A DNA stretch of 63,221 nt, the filler included, from Octopus bimaculoides (lineage: Eukaryota): the NCBI RefSeq assembly GCF_001194135.2. It is 5 parts of 5 records of this genome, joined end to end, with 100 filler letters (N's around TTAATTAATTAA, not from the genome) between each part and the next. Parts side by side here need not be neighbours in the genome. Positions count along the whole stretch, not along the records: positions 12,402 to 38,636 come from NC_068983.1; 4 more parts are not named here. One strand, written 5' to 3'. The translations under genes were made by a program, and so were the position numbers. Shown piece by piece: positions 24,170 through 37,452 of this stretch (its first letter is position 1; every line of letters begins with the position of its first letter). The notes under the pieces were generated by a model. It ran no database searches. It saw only the letters and a list, made by a program, of their open reading frames with translations, and was not told the DNA's origin.

Positions 24170-25435
24170 GAGTGGGTTGAGAAGTACATAAGGCTGATTA
24201 TGAAGGAGTGATACTAAAGCTGTGAAATCTTGCATGCATTAATTTCAACTCTTCTTATCAATAACTGCTTTGTTTCTTTCTAGGTAAACTGACATTTAAT
24301 TTTTCAGACTTCAAAAGTAACTAGTAAGAACTTCTCATGAAAATGAACAAAACTTGGCATTGTGGTGTTAAGAAGAACCTGTAGAAAAAGGGTTTAGCCC
24401 CCAAGAACATTCATACTGACATGCTTGCTACATTAGAGGATGACACTTCAGCTTTATCAACAGTGTAAAGGTGGACAGCTGAATTAAGAGAAGGGACAGT
24501 CTTGAAGATGATCCAAAGTCTGGACATCCTGTAACTGCCAACACAGAAGAAAACATTGATCATGTTCACCACGTGGTGATGACTGACAGGCAATTGACTA
24601 TAAATCAAAGAGCTAATACTATTAGCATATCCTGTGAAAGAACTGAGAATATTCTACACAATGAATTTTGCATGACAAAGGTTTCTGCTCAGTGGGTGCC
24701 ATGTCTTCTGACACCTGATCAAAAGCACACCAGGCTGATCATAGCAAGGGAATATCTAACTTTGTTTAAGGCAGATCCAGCTGGTTTCCTTGAACATTTC
24801 CTAACCCAGGATGAGTGTTGGCTTTGAGTCATAGACAAAGAGACAATCTATGCAGTGGAAATACCCCTCCTAACCTGCTCCAAAGAAGGCTAAGGTCATT
24901 TCATTTACAAGGAAGATGATGGCCTCAGATTTTTGGGATGCAGAAGGCATTGTCTATATTGACTATCTTCAAAAGGGTCACACCATCACTGGAAAGTACA
25001 ATGCCAACTTGCTGCAGCAGTTACAAAAGGCTATCAAGACCAAACAGGAAAACTGATGAAAGGGCTAGTTTCATCAGGACACTCCTCCAGCACATAGGTC
25101 CTTTGTTTAAATGGCTACTATGTATGACTATGGCTTTCAGCTGGTTGATGACCCTCCCTATTTTCCTTATTTGGCCCTAGCTGACTATCATCTGTTCCCC
25201 AACATGAAAAAATACTTGGTTGGAACTAGTGCCATAGTGATGATGACATCATATCTACTGTTGATGACTTTTCTGACTAACAAGATGAAAGCTTCTTCAC
25301 CAATGGGATCAGAGCACTGCAACACTGATGGAAGTGTGTGGACCACAAGAGGGACTATGTTGAAAAATAAACCTCATCTGGTCACATTTAATTAGAGTAT
25401 CTTGGTCAGCCTATGAACTTTTCAGTCAACCTTCA
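24170..25435 (+). mobile_element. mariner transposon, full length but with stops and frameshifts
   Basis: WVP motif (QWVPCLLTPDQK), TQDECW, YLQKGHTITGKY, PYLALADYHLFPNMKK. 3' TIR ...gaacttttcagtcaaccttca|TA, with a degenerate 5' TIR. Confidence 0.9.
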
Positions 25436-26554
25436 TAGACTTATCCAAAAAGGAGAACACGTTTATGACCAGAGCAATTTCCTTAATTTAAACATAATTT
25501 CTCCTTTTTTCCCACCTATTTTATTTCTCCTCCACTATGACAGGAATCCATTATTTCTTGAAGACTGTGTACCCACATGTGAAACTCAGAGTACCAAAAG
25601 ACTAATTCAACCAAGATAAAATATTATTGATCTTTATTCTGGTATTAAGTACTCTTTTTTTTTTTTTTTTAAACAGCACTATATGGATACACACACAATT
25701 TGATGTGTAGTCATGAACATTTTAGCAGTAAACCTATGTATAAGTTGGTACATAGAATTAAATGTTTTGCTGTATGAGATTGTGATATGTCCCGCATTTT
25801 GATGATGTAATTTTGTCATCAGCGTGACTGGCCAATACAGCGTGCCTTGCTGAATGACACTGCTTGCTGTGTCTGTCCAGTATTTATCAGTAGTGGAACA
25901 GCCCACTTCTCACTTGGGGGTGTCCGCCACAACAGACTGTCTACGAAATCACTTCTTCGGATATTTGAAAAGCTATTTTGAAAAAGTTGTCAATGAAATA
26001 ATCAGCTTTATTTTAATCTTTTATATCCTACCATTCTATCTCCCAGTTTGATAGCCACCAATATTCCCCACATTCAAATAATAGTTAACTATGCAACTGC
26101 TCAACCAACTGGAAATAGCAACCAGATTCTTTCAAATCACACCCACCTTCTTAAAAAAGAAAGTACACATCTAGCCTTAGATATACTAAAAGAGGAATTG
26201 GTCATGACTAGAATGTCAATCAAAACTAACTTTGGTTTAAACAACCTTATTTCACTCATTAATCTATAATTATTAGTATTTTGAAAAAGATTAAGAATCA
26301 GTAGAAAAAAAAACCAAACTCTCCCAAATAGTTCTCTTAGGTGCAAAACTTAAACAGTATAACATTACACAATGGCTTATGTTATTACATCATCTGATGT
26401 ATTTGAAATGTTTCAAGTGAATCAGACATTTTTATTAGCATTCAACTTGACACTAAGTAAATAGATATATTACTCCCAATCTCACATTGCACCTGCATTC
26501 TCTTTGATTATAATAAACCTTTATTATAACCCATCCTATCTACATAGCCACCCA

Positions 26555-29500
26555 AAAAAAACAGAACTACGTACATGACGCTGCTGTTCCCCGCCCCAGG
26601 GTCTCAGGGGCCCATACCTCCCACATCCACAGGGTTGGCACTCTCAACATCGGCACTCTGAAAGGTAGGTCTGGTGAGATTGTTGAGATGATTGAACGGA
26701 GATGTGTCGATATCTGCTGCCTCCAAGAAGTAAGGTGGAGAGGTGGTTCTGCTAGGTTCCTCACAGGCAAAGAACACAGGTACAAGATTTTCTGGGTAGG
26801 GAACACAGACGGGGTCGGGGGCGTAGGCATACTTCTTGCGGAGAAATGGGTGGATAAGGTAATCGAGGTAGTTAGAGTATCCGATAGAATACTTAAGATT
26901 AGATTAGTCCTTCACCATGGGTTAGCAACCATTATCTCGGCCTATGCCCCTCAGCCCAGGCTACCCAACAGACAGAAAGACCAATTCTATGACACCCTCC
27001 TGCAGATTACCTCATCGACAAATGACAGGGACCTTATGTTGGACAACATTCACGGGGCTTCTATGGCATACATGGAGGCTATGGTTTTGCTTCCCGCAAT
27101 GAGGAGGGAACCAGGCTGCTGGAGTTCTGTGATGCAAATGACCTTATGGTCTGCAATAGTAACTTCAGGAAGCCTGCCAGTCACCTAGTCACCTACCGTT
27201 CTAGCAGACACACTAACCAAATTGACTACATCCTCGCCAGGAAAAGGGAAAGATGGCTGCTTATAAATGCCAAAACCTTCCCAGGCGAAGAATGTACCCC
27301 ACAACATANNNNNNNNNNNNNNNNNNNNNNNNNNNNNNNNNNNNNNNNNNNNNNNNNNNNNNNNNNNNNNNNNNNNNNNNNNNNNNNNNNNNNNNNNNNN
27401 NNNNNNNNNNNNNNNNNNNNNNNNNNNNNNNNNNNNNNNNNNNNNNNNNNNNNNNNNNNNNNNNNNNNNNNNNNNNNNNNNNNNNNNNNNNCCGTGAGGA
27501 CCAAAGACTTGAGGTATTTCATGTTGCAAGACAGTGTGTGAGAGAGAATCGTGATGTCATGGGAGAGAAATGTGTTCGCATGGATGATAGTACGCTTGCA
27601 CTAAACGAGGCTGCAAAGAAAGAGGTCTGGAGATGCCACTACGAAAGATTGCTCAATAAAGAGAATGAATGGGAGAAAGAGAGTCTGCCGAATGTCGACC
27701 CAACAGAGGGACCAGCTATCCAAGTTGACAGTACCATGGTAGATAAAGCAATTAAGAGTATGAAGACAGGGAAGGCCCCCGGCCCTTCAGGAATCACTGC
27801 AGAGATGCTCAAATTGTCTTACAGTGTCGGCTGTAGCCTAGTCACCCATATAGTTAACCAGGTGATACACAAAGGAGTTACATCCAATGACTGGTGTAGC
27901 AGCACCATAGTCAACTGCTACAAAGGTAAAGGTGACGCTTTACATACAAATAATTACAGAGGTATCAAACTGTTAGATCAGGTAATGAAAGTTACGGAGA
28001 GGGTCATAGCCCAACTACTTAGGGACCGAGTCAGATTAGATGAGATGCAGTTTGTGTTCGTGCCAGGGAAAGGCACCACTGATGCTACATTTCTGGTAGG
28101 ACAGCTTCAGGAGAAATACCTAGCCAAAGATAAACCTCTGTACTTGGCTTTCGACACATAGAAAAAGCCTTTGATAGGGTCCCCTGATCCCTCATCTGGT
28201 GGTCAATGAGGAAACTAGGGATAGAAGAATGGTTAATGAGAGCTGTGCGAGCCATGTACAGAGACACTGTCAGTAAGGTGAGGGTTGGCAATGAGTACAG
28301 TGAAGAATTCCGGGTAGAGGTAGGGGTCCACCAAGGTTCTGTCCTCAGCCCCATCCTATTTATCATAGTCCTCCAGGCTATAACAGAGGAATTCAAAACA
28401 GGATGCCCCTGGGAGCTCCTCTATGCTGATGACCTTGCACTAATTGCTGAGTCACTATCAGAAGTAGAGGAGAAGTTTCAGGTGTGGAAACAAGGAGTAN
28501 NNNNNNNNNNNNNNNNNNNNNNNNNNNNNNNNNNNNNNNNNNNNNNNNNNNNNNNNNNNNNNNNNNNNNNNNNNNNNNNNNNNNNNNNNNNNNNNNNNNN
28601 NNNNNNNNNNNNNNNNNNNNNNNNNNNNNNNNNNNNNNNNNNNNNNNNNNNNNNNNNNNNNNNNNNNNNNNNNNNNNNNNNNNNNNNNNNNNNNNNNNNN
28701 NNNNNNNNNNNNNNNNNNNNNNNNNNNNNNNNNNNNNNNNNNNNNNNNNNNNNNNNNNNNNNNNNNNNNNNNNNNNNNNNNNNNNNNNNNNNNNNNNNNN
28801 NNNNNNNNNNNNNNNNNNNNNNNNNNNNNNNNNNNNNNNNNNNNNNNNNNNNNNNNNNNNNNNNNNNNNNNNNNNNNNNNNNNNNNNNNNNNNNNNNNNN
28901 NNNNNNNNNNNNNNNNNNNNNNNNNNNNNNNNNNNNNNNNNNNNNNNNNNNNNNNNNNNNNNNNNNNNNNNNNNNNNNNNNNNNNNNNNNNNNNNNNNNN
29001 NNNNNNNNNNNNNNNNNNNNNNNNNNNNNNNNNNNNNNNNNNNNNNNNNNNNNNNNNNNNNNNNNNNNNNNNNNNNNNNNNNNNNNNNNNNNNNNNNNNN
29101 NNNNNNNNNNNNNNNNNNNNNNNNNNNNNNNNNNNNNNNNNNNNNNNNNNNNNNNNNNNNNNNNNNNNNNNNNNNNNNNNNNNNNNNNNNNNNNNNNNNN
29201 NNNNNNNNNNNNNNNNNNNNNNNNNNNNNNNNNNNNNNNNNNNNNNNNNNNNNNNNNNNNNNNNNNNNNNNNNNNNNNNNNNNNNNNNNNNNNNNNNNNN
29301 NNNNNNNNNNNNNNNNNNNNNNNNNNNNNNNNNNNNNNNNNNNNNNNNNNNNNNNNNNNNNNNNNNNNNNNNNNNNNNNNNNNNNNNNNNNNNNNNNNNN
29401 NNNNNNNNNNNNNNNNNNNNNNNNNNNNNNNNNNNNNNNNNNNNNNNNNNNNNNATATGCTGTGTGTGAGAAGACCCGGCAAGCCAAGTGAGACCTAAAT

Positions 29501-30063
29501 CCAAGGCCTCTGCCAGGGGTGTAGCCAGCCCACTTATGCGTACCTTTCCTTCATTGGACATTAAACTCAGCTTGCGAAGACCTGTTGAGGCAAGTGAAAT
29601 TGAAATCGAACTAAATTCGATGACTGCCACCCATGCCAACGTCATCTCCTTGATTGGATATGAAACTCAGCTTGCGAAGACCTATTGAGGCAAGCGAAAG
29701 CGAAATCGTGATGGCACCTGTGCCTAGCTTCGCCTTTCTGGCACTTGTGCCGGTGACACGTATAAAGACTTTCGAGCGAGATCGTTGCCAATGCTGCTGG
29801 ACTGGCTCTTGTGCAGGTGGCACGTAAAATACACCATTTTGAGTGTGGCCATTGCCAGTACCGCCTCACTGGTCTTCGTGCAGGTGGCACGTAAAAGCAC
29901 CCACTACACTCTCTGAGTGGTTGGCGTTAGGAAGGGCATCCAGCTGTAGAAACTCTGCCAAATCAGATTAGAGCCTGGTGTAGCCATCTGGTTCACCAGT
30001 CCTCAGTCAAATTGTCTAACCCATGCTAGCATGGAAAGCGGACATTAAACGATGATGATGATG
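26555..30063 (+). mobile_element. RTE-clade LINE, near full length (APE endonuclease + RT + 3' UTR), disrupted; gaps at 27309-27491 and 28500-29454
   Basis: APE: DICCLQEVRWRG, ISAYAPQ, NQIDYIL. RT: KAPGPSGITAEMLK, NYRGIKLL, HQGSVLSP, LLYADDL. The 3' UTR with internal repeats ends in (GAT)n. There is a frameshift near 28160 and in-frame stops. Confidence 0.95.
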
Positions 30064-32184
30064 ATTCTAAGTCAGTGACTGAGTACTACACCTGCCTTTT
30101 TCTCTAGCTTCTCAAAAAAACATTACTACTAATACCACAACTATCACCATTATCGCTACTACCAACCCAAACAATTCACTCGACCTTTAAAATATTTGAG
30201 TTGGTGAAGTCAGTCTCAAGTTACACATATCACTACATTTCTACAGAAAAAACATTTATTAGAATAGCAATAATTGGTTTTAGAGTACTAGGCTATTTTG
30301 TTTTCCTTATCATACTCTTTGGCACCTGAAGTTGAGAAACAAGTACACCTGCTGAAATATATAAAAAGAATAGAGACACAAAAATCTACATAATAGTGCA
30401 AATAATCGTTGAGACCAGTAGAGGGGTGATAAAGAAAAGCTGCACACTAAATGCATTACATTTTGTCTGTGCTATGAATTGTTTCTTCCAGTGCAGATGC
30501 ATGTTGGTAGATCTTGGGTGAAAGCTGACTGGCAGTCATTTGCAATATATTTCCAACATATATTCATTTGCAAATGTATATTTTTTGTTCTCCATACACT
30601 AAAGTTGTATGTTTTAGTCAAATAAAATAATTGATTCTAGCTACTAACTTGCAATGGTAGGGGTAAATGATATAATTACCAGTAATATGACGAGTGAATG
30701 GAATACCACACAAACAGCTGAGAGTTCATTTGTATATCCTGTGCTTACTTTGTAGTGTGTCCATGGCCAAAATACTTAACTCTCAAAGCTAAATCAATTT
30801 CACCTTAAATAAGTTGCTGCTTTTTAGCCCCAGGTCAGCCTAGGTTGAACATAATCATTCCATCCATGACCATTAGCCTCTTTATACATCAAGAATTACA
30901 TTGGCTAATTTGTTCTTCCTTTTTTATGATGGAAGGGTGATATTTAAAACACTTTTGGTCATATCTCTGCTCAATTAGTTCTGAGGTTAAAGAATAAAAG
31001 GTTTATAATTCACAAAGAATCTGTAACCAACTTTCAATTCCTAGATGAGCCTTTTTATTTTGTCATTTGTGCTAGTAATTCCTAGTCATTGTTAATGATC
31101 TGTAGAAATAGCTACTAGGCTGCATGACTTTTAATACATCAGATGAAAATAGTTAAGTGGTGTCTCAATTAGTAATTCACAAGACCTTGTGAAAAGTCTC
31201 ATTTCACATACCTAATCCAATCCTACTAAGCCATTCTGTCACTGCTGTCAAAAAGAAAAAAAAATCTATAAAATCATCAATAAGTAAAACCATGCCATCA
31301 CAGAAATCTATGTTTGCATCTATTCCATTTTGAATGTTATGTTTCTTTTACAAACTTAAGTATTTGCTTGTGAATTAAATAAATATTCATACATTCTCCA
31401 AACTGGTGGCAACTCATTCATAATTAATTTATTTGTTTGTTTGTTTTTTTTTGCAATATATAGACTAAGGCTTTGATAAAAGGCATGCAAATAACTAATA
31501 CAGAATAGCTAAATTAACATATGTAATGCATGGAGCCTTATAAAGTCAGCTATAAATAGCCAAAAGTCAAAGTAATTTAAAGTCACAACCACTACAATCA
31601 AGTATAATGCCAGAAAAACAACTAAATTCACTTTTGTAAAAAGTTAAATATAAAACTTTAAAAAATCCAATTAGATACCACTAATGGTGTTATACATACC
31701 AATAAAATGTCTTCTTTCATGCTAAATTATCAGCTAGATAACAGGCCTTACTCACAAGGAACTCAACCTTTGAACTCATAATTCTACAGTGATTGTGCTT
31801 CAGAAGAACCAGCACATTGTCATTCTTACTCCTCCAGAAGTAGGTCTAGAAAATGTTTATCAATTATCAAATAAAGAAATTCAGTGATTAAATATCTTTA
31901 AAGTTTAATTTAACTGTACCTGGATCATTTATTATGTTACATTCCTAGGACAGACACAAACATGAAAAATATACTTGTCTAAAAATAATTACTAATCACA
32001 AAGTGTCAATGGTTCCAGGCATGTGGCACAGCTGTGAAAAATGTTATCCACATATAGATGAACATGTCTAGAACTACAAACATCTCAAGACATTTATTTA
32101 TTTATTTATGTGTTTCAGCCAAGTGGCTGCGGTCATGCAAAAAAAAAAATATGGAAAAAAAAAACTTAGTGTTCACCAACAGCA

Positions 32185-32750
32185 TCATTATCATCAAAAT
32201 TTAACATCTATTTTCCATGCTGACATAGATGGTTTTACAGGAACTTGTGGTGGGTGTCTTCTTGAATACAGAGATGTGCCACATATTTCAGTCTTCTGTC
32301 ATCTCCTTCATAAAGTTCAGTGTTTTGAGATCAGCCTTCAACACCTCATCCTGTAACTTCCTGAGTCTCCCTCTTCTACAATTTCCCTCCATGTTAAATG
32401 ATTGACATTTCTTTATACAACTATCCTCATCCAGCCACATCACATGACCAAACCAGTGCAGTCTCCTCTCTTGCACACTGCATATAATTCCTCTTATGCC
32501 CAACTTCTCTCTCAATACAATAGTGCTCTGTCACACATGCACACTGATATCACACATCCAGCGGAGCATACCAGCTTCATTCCTCCCCAGCCTTCACATG
32601 TCTTCCATATTCAAGATCCACATCTCACTACCATGCAGCATTACAGTCCATACACATGCATCATACAATCTTCTCTTCACTTGGAGAGAGACCTTTGGTT
32701 GCCAACAGGGGTAAAAGCTCTCTGAACTTTCTCCATCCTATTCTCATTCT
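32185..32750 (-). mobile_element. RTE LINE 3' fragment
   Basis: MREKLGIRGIICSVQERRLHWFGHVMWLDEDSCIKKC..RGRLRKLQDEV, with a tail remnant near 32190. Confidence 0.85.
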
Positions 32751-33655
32751 GCAGTTACTTATTTCTTTTTTACTTACAATTAATCCAAGTTATTAACATG
32801 GCCAAGTGATAAGATATCCCCTTCCCCTTTTAATCTAGTATGAAAAGCTGGAATGTAGTATATACAATTCATAAGAAGTATCTCCATGAGAAACATCAAT
32901 AGTGAGTAATGCTACAAAAAGATGCAACTTTTCAAAACCTGACAATATTCTCAACAAACGAGCCAACAAAGAGCCTCTACATGGTTGCTACCAGATAGAA
33001 ATCTCTCTTAAGTCACTACAGGATTTCATAAAAAAAGGAAAGACATATTTAATACATATGGTCTGTAAAAAAAAGAATGGTTATATCTAAAATACTTTTT
33101 TGATCATAGGTCTATTTGAGCAGTGCTGGCTTGGAGCTAATCAAATGAAACTATTAAACATATGCTATCAGACATATTCAAGAAGAATGTAACAGTACAG
33201 GAATAAGTTCTTTGTAAGTTAAGCATGTGGTATGATTTCCATTTCTCATAAGAAGCTGTTTTACTAATATTAAGAAATGTGTAAACATCACATTCTTTTC
33301 CTCTATAAATTCTTATATAAAATGTCTATGAGAAACCATACTGACCTTGGAAATTATCTTAAACTCCAACTTAAAACTCTTCATGATACAAGCTATAAGT
33401 TAGTTTAAAGCTTCCTCTCTTCTCATGCACAAATTCTTTTTTGCACAATATCACTTATTACACTACTTTATTAGAAATCTATCAAATTCTCTCCCTGCAT
33501 CAAGAAATATTATGTACATACAACTGTATTGATAGTGCTAAATTTCAACCAAACCAACAAAACAGATCTTGATGTGAAGCAAAAATAGTTACAGATGAAT
33601 CTAATACAACACTGTAATAGTAACTTAATCATATTATCTTCACTGACTATGATAA

Positions 33656-35830
33656 TATTGGCTTGTCTAAAAAGTTTGTTTGCTTTTTTAACCCTTTCGT
33701 TACTAACCCGGCCGTAGCCGGCCCAAAAATTTTTTGGTTCATAAGACTAACCCGGCCGTAGCCGGCCGAACGTACCCATTGTTATTTAAATGTATATTTG
33801 AACCCAAATCTCGTTAGTACATTCGTTAAAACACCTGATTTCACTTTGCAAACAGTTGAGTTATTGTCTCCGACATTGTTTGGTGTGATATTTGAACTCA
33901 GTGAATTTTGGAAGATTTTTTTCCACATTTTTTGCGGCGTTAATTTTTTTAAACTTTGAAGATGGAGAGGAGTTTCATGCTATCAAGCAGTGATTCCAAA
34001 TTTGAAGGTTTTTCAACAGAAGATATGGANNNNNNNNNNNNNNNNNNNNNNNNNNNNNNNNNNNNNNNNNNNNNNNNNNNNNNNNNNNNNNNNNNNNNNN
34101 NNNNNNNNNNNNNNNNNNNNNNNNNNNNNNCAGCGATTCTGAAAGCAGCGATGGCAACAAGCGAGGATGATTTTACACCAGAAAAAGATTTTAAAAATAT
34201 TTTTATTAACAATTTTTCTGAGGAAACAGGGTCTACCCATAGTCTTTCTCAGGAAGCGAAACCTTTAGACTTCTTTTTCATGCTTGTTTGAAATGATTAC
34301 TGTGGAAACAAACCATTACGCAGAATGTAAACAAACCATTATGCAGAATGTAAACAAACCAGAAAAAAAAGATAGCTTGTGGTTTCCTGCAACTGTAGAT
34401 GAAATACAAGTTACCCAGAATAACAAATTACTGGAGTGATCAGGAACCTTTTGGTGATGAATATATTTCCAGTATTATGAACGAGTATGATTCGTGAAGC
34501 TGAACCAGTATTTACATGTGAGAGACACTAGCAATACCCCACCCCCCACCAGTACGTAAGGAGAACTTTGAGACAAAAATTATGCAATAGAATTGATTAA
34601 GAACCCTTTCTTTAATTATGTTCCAAATATCACATTAATATGTTGATAAATAAAAAAGTTACAGGTGTTTAATGAGACTAGTCTAAATTCATGATTATTT
34701 TAGAATTTAATTGAAACTCATGAGGGGTGTATTTTGGTCAGAAATATAGTAACGAAAGGGTTAAGGGAAAATAAGACACTAGTTTTAAGTATAAATCAAT
34801 GATATAATTGCCTTTTATCTTCTGCCATCTTGTAGGCAGATCCATTATTCCCTGCTCAAAGAATTTCTCATCTTTATTGGCAAGAAACTCTTCCAGATGA
34901 ATTTTTAAATTCTCTTCAGAGCTAAAGGTCTGTCCATTCAATGAATTTTGAAGAGACCAAAACAGCTGGAAATTTAAAGGTGCAAGTTAGGTAAATATGG
35001 AGGGTGAGGAAAAAAAAAACTTCCCAGCCAAACCCCAGTAACATCTAATATATCTGCAAAGAAGTGTGCAGCCTGGCATTGTTGTGATGGAAGAATGGCT
35101 GATTAGCAAGTTCTGGACACTTCTGGTGGATCACTGTATTTAATTTGTCCAGCTAGTCACAGAACAGATCCAAATTGATGGTCCTGTTCATGGGAAGAAG
35201 CTCATAAAAGACAGCATCTTGCCAATCCTACCAAATTAAAAGCATAACCTTCTTTGGGGGAGATCCTGCTTTGGGGTTGTTTGTGGTGGTTCATTCCACT
35301 TACGTCACCATTCTTTTAAAAAAAGGATTGTTTTCTTCATACATCTATAACAAATTGCAGATGGACATTTGTTGGGCTATGTTCTCCTCACTCAATTGAT
35401 GTGGGACCCAAACATCAAGCCTGCTGACATAACCAAGTCAATGTAAATGGTTTTCAACATTTGATTTTGATATTTGGAGAATATCTATAATCACCTGGAT
35501 CATATAACAGGGTTTAGTTTCAACTAACTAACTCCTTCACTTTGTTGCTGTTAATTTCAGTTGGCCAGCCAGAGCAGTTTATATCTTGAATGGAAAAACT
35601 TCCTAGTCAAAATCTTGAAAACCTCTTCAGGTACGCACATTCCATTCCATAACAACATCCTCTCTATACACAGCACATATCCTGCAGGTTTCTGCTGCTT
35701 TCTTGCTGTTTTTAAGATTAAAAAAAGCAATGATTCTGTGCTTATGTAGCTTAATTTAGTGCATTCTTTCATAGAAATACGTTTCCATTGCAATTAGTTC
35801 CTCCATTTCTTGAAATTCTGGCTCAAACTC
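33656..35830 (-). mobile_element. mariner relic interrupted by a piggyBac insertion
   Basis: HPPYLPNLAP..LFWSLQNSLNGQTFSSEENLKIHLEEFLANKDEKFFEQGIMDLPTRWQK (34790-35010). The N-terminal part is at 35557-35793. Confidence 0.8.
33692..34760 (+). mobile_element. piggyBac transposon, internally deleted
   Basis: TTAA|CCCTTTCGTTACTA...TAGTAACGAAAGGG|TTAA. Transposase N-terminal remnant (FSEETGSTHSLSQEAKPLDFFFML; ETNHYA; WFPATVDEI). Confidence 0.9.
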
Positions 35831-36184
35831 TATATTTAATGTCTTGAATTTGTGTTCCATTTGACTTCTTGCCACAAGGCAAGTTTGATAAGTAACCTCA
35901 GTATACCACACTCTTTATTGACTTTGCACTTTTTCGCCATATAGTGGCCAGATTTGGCAATGACTATACTGAATTCACAAGAATGCTTGTCTATGTTGTT
36001 CTTCCGATCCATGAGCATGTGGGTAGAAGTATGGACATATACCTGTGCACATAATTGTTTTGTATAAACATACCTTTGAAGGCTTTCCAGGACTGGAAGA
36101 AATTAAAACTGCAATTGTAACAATTTTCCACACTAAGTACGAGGACCCAATGCCTCCAGGCATGTGACCTCCAAAAGAAACAGC

Positions 36185-36598
36185 CTCAGTACGCTGCAAG
36201 ATTGGACCTCTCTTCGAAAAGNNNNNNNNNNNNNNNNNNNNNNNNNNNNNNNNNNNNNNNNNNNNNNNNNNNNNNNNNNNNNNNNNNNNNNNNNNNNNNN
36301 NNNNNNNNNNNNNNNNNNNNNGTGGATTTGGTAGACGGAAACTGAAAGAAGCTCATCGTATATGTGTATATATATGTATGTATGTGTGTTTGTGTTTCTG
36401 TGATTGTCCTCCGAACATCGCTTGACAACTGATGCTGGTGTGTTTACGTCCCTGTAACTTAGCGGTTCGGCAAAAAGAGACCGATAGAATAAGTACTAGG
36501 CTTACAAAGAATAAGTCCTGGGGTCGATTTGCTCGACTAAAAGGCGGTGCTCCAGCATGGCCACAGTCAAATGACTGAAACAAGTAAAAGAGTAAAAG
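36185..36598 (+). mobile_element. SINE family A (5' part in N gap)
   Basis: Body and tail near-identical to 6614-7002. Confidence 0.88.
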
Positions 36599-36703
<105 letters not shown>

Positions 36704-36789
36704 GATATATAGATATAAATGTTCAATTTATAAGGATAGATCCAGAGGAACAGTTGCAAGGTAGCTAAATGTCACATGAGCACCCAAGG

Positions 36790-37440
36790 AATTAGTAATC
36801 ATCCTTGAGTGGGAGTTAATTCCGAGAAGTAAGACGTGTTTTAGAGAACATAAGAAAAATGGAAAATGGAGACAAATGCTCAAGATGTTATTTAAATCAT
36901 TTATATCACCACATCACTGGTATATGTTTCAATAGATACATTAAAATAAAACTGAGAGGAAGAATAGTGTGGAAAAATGCATCAATCTCATCAGGGATGA
37001 TATAAACAAAGGCTGTAATAAACAATTTTCTTTGGATTGGAAAAGTTTATCAAGATCATTTCTCTATGATAAAGGGAAATCCTTCTGCTCTCTTTGTATG
37101 GACAAACAACTATTTATCCTTTTTTTTCCAAACACACACTGGTCAACACCTATAAAGAATGTGTTTACAGGTGTTTACATTGGAAAAACACTCTTTCACC
37201 TATTTCAAATATCTGCCCCCTTACCTAATACTATCTGCAACCTAAACTTTATTCTTTCATCCCATACCTCCAATTCTTTCCTTCATCTTTTCTATCTATC
37301 TGTCATCCACTTTCTATTTGTTCATACCTCCATTTCTCCTTTAATTCTTTTTCTGGCTTCCTTCTCTTCTCTCATACTATGTCAAATTTCTTCACAGTAT
37401 TTTAAAATTATTAGCATTCCCTATACACCTTTGTTTTCCA
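36790..37440 (+). mobile_element. Penelope-like element 3' relic (GIY-YIG C-terminus)
   Basis: FSLDWKSLSRSFLYDKGKSFCSLCMDKQLFIL resembles the W.IL..A..Y......C.LCL.EK..I terminus of Penelope ORFs, followed by a pyrimidine-rich tail. Confidence 0.65.
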
Positions 37441-37452
37441 TATATATATATA

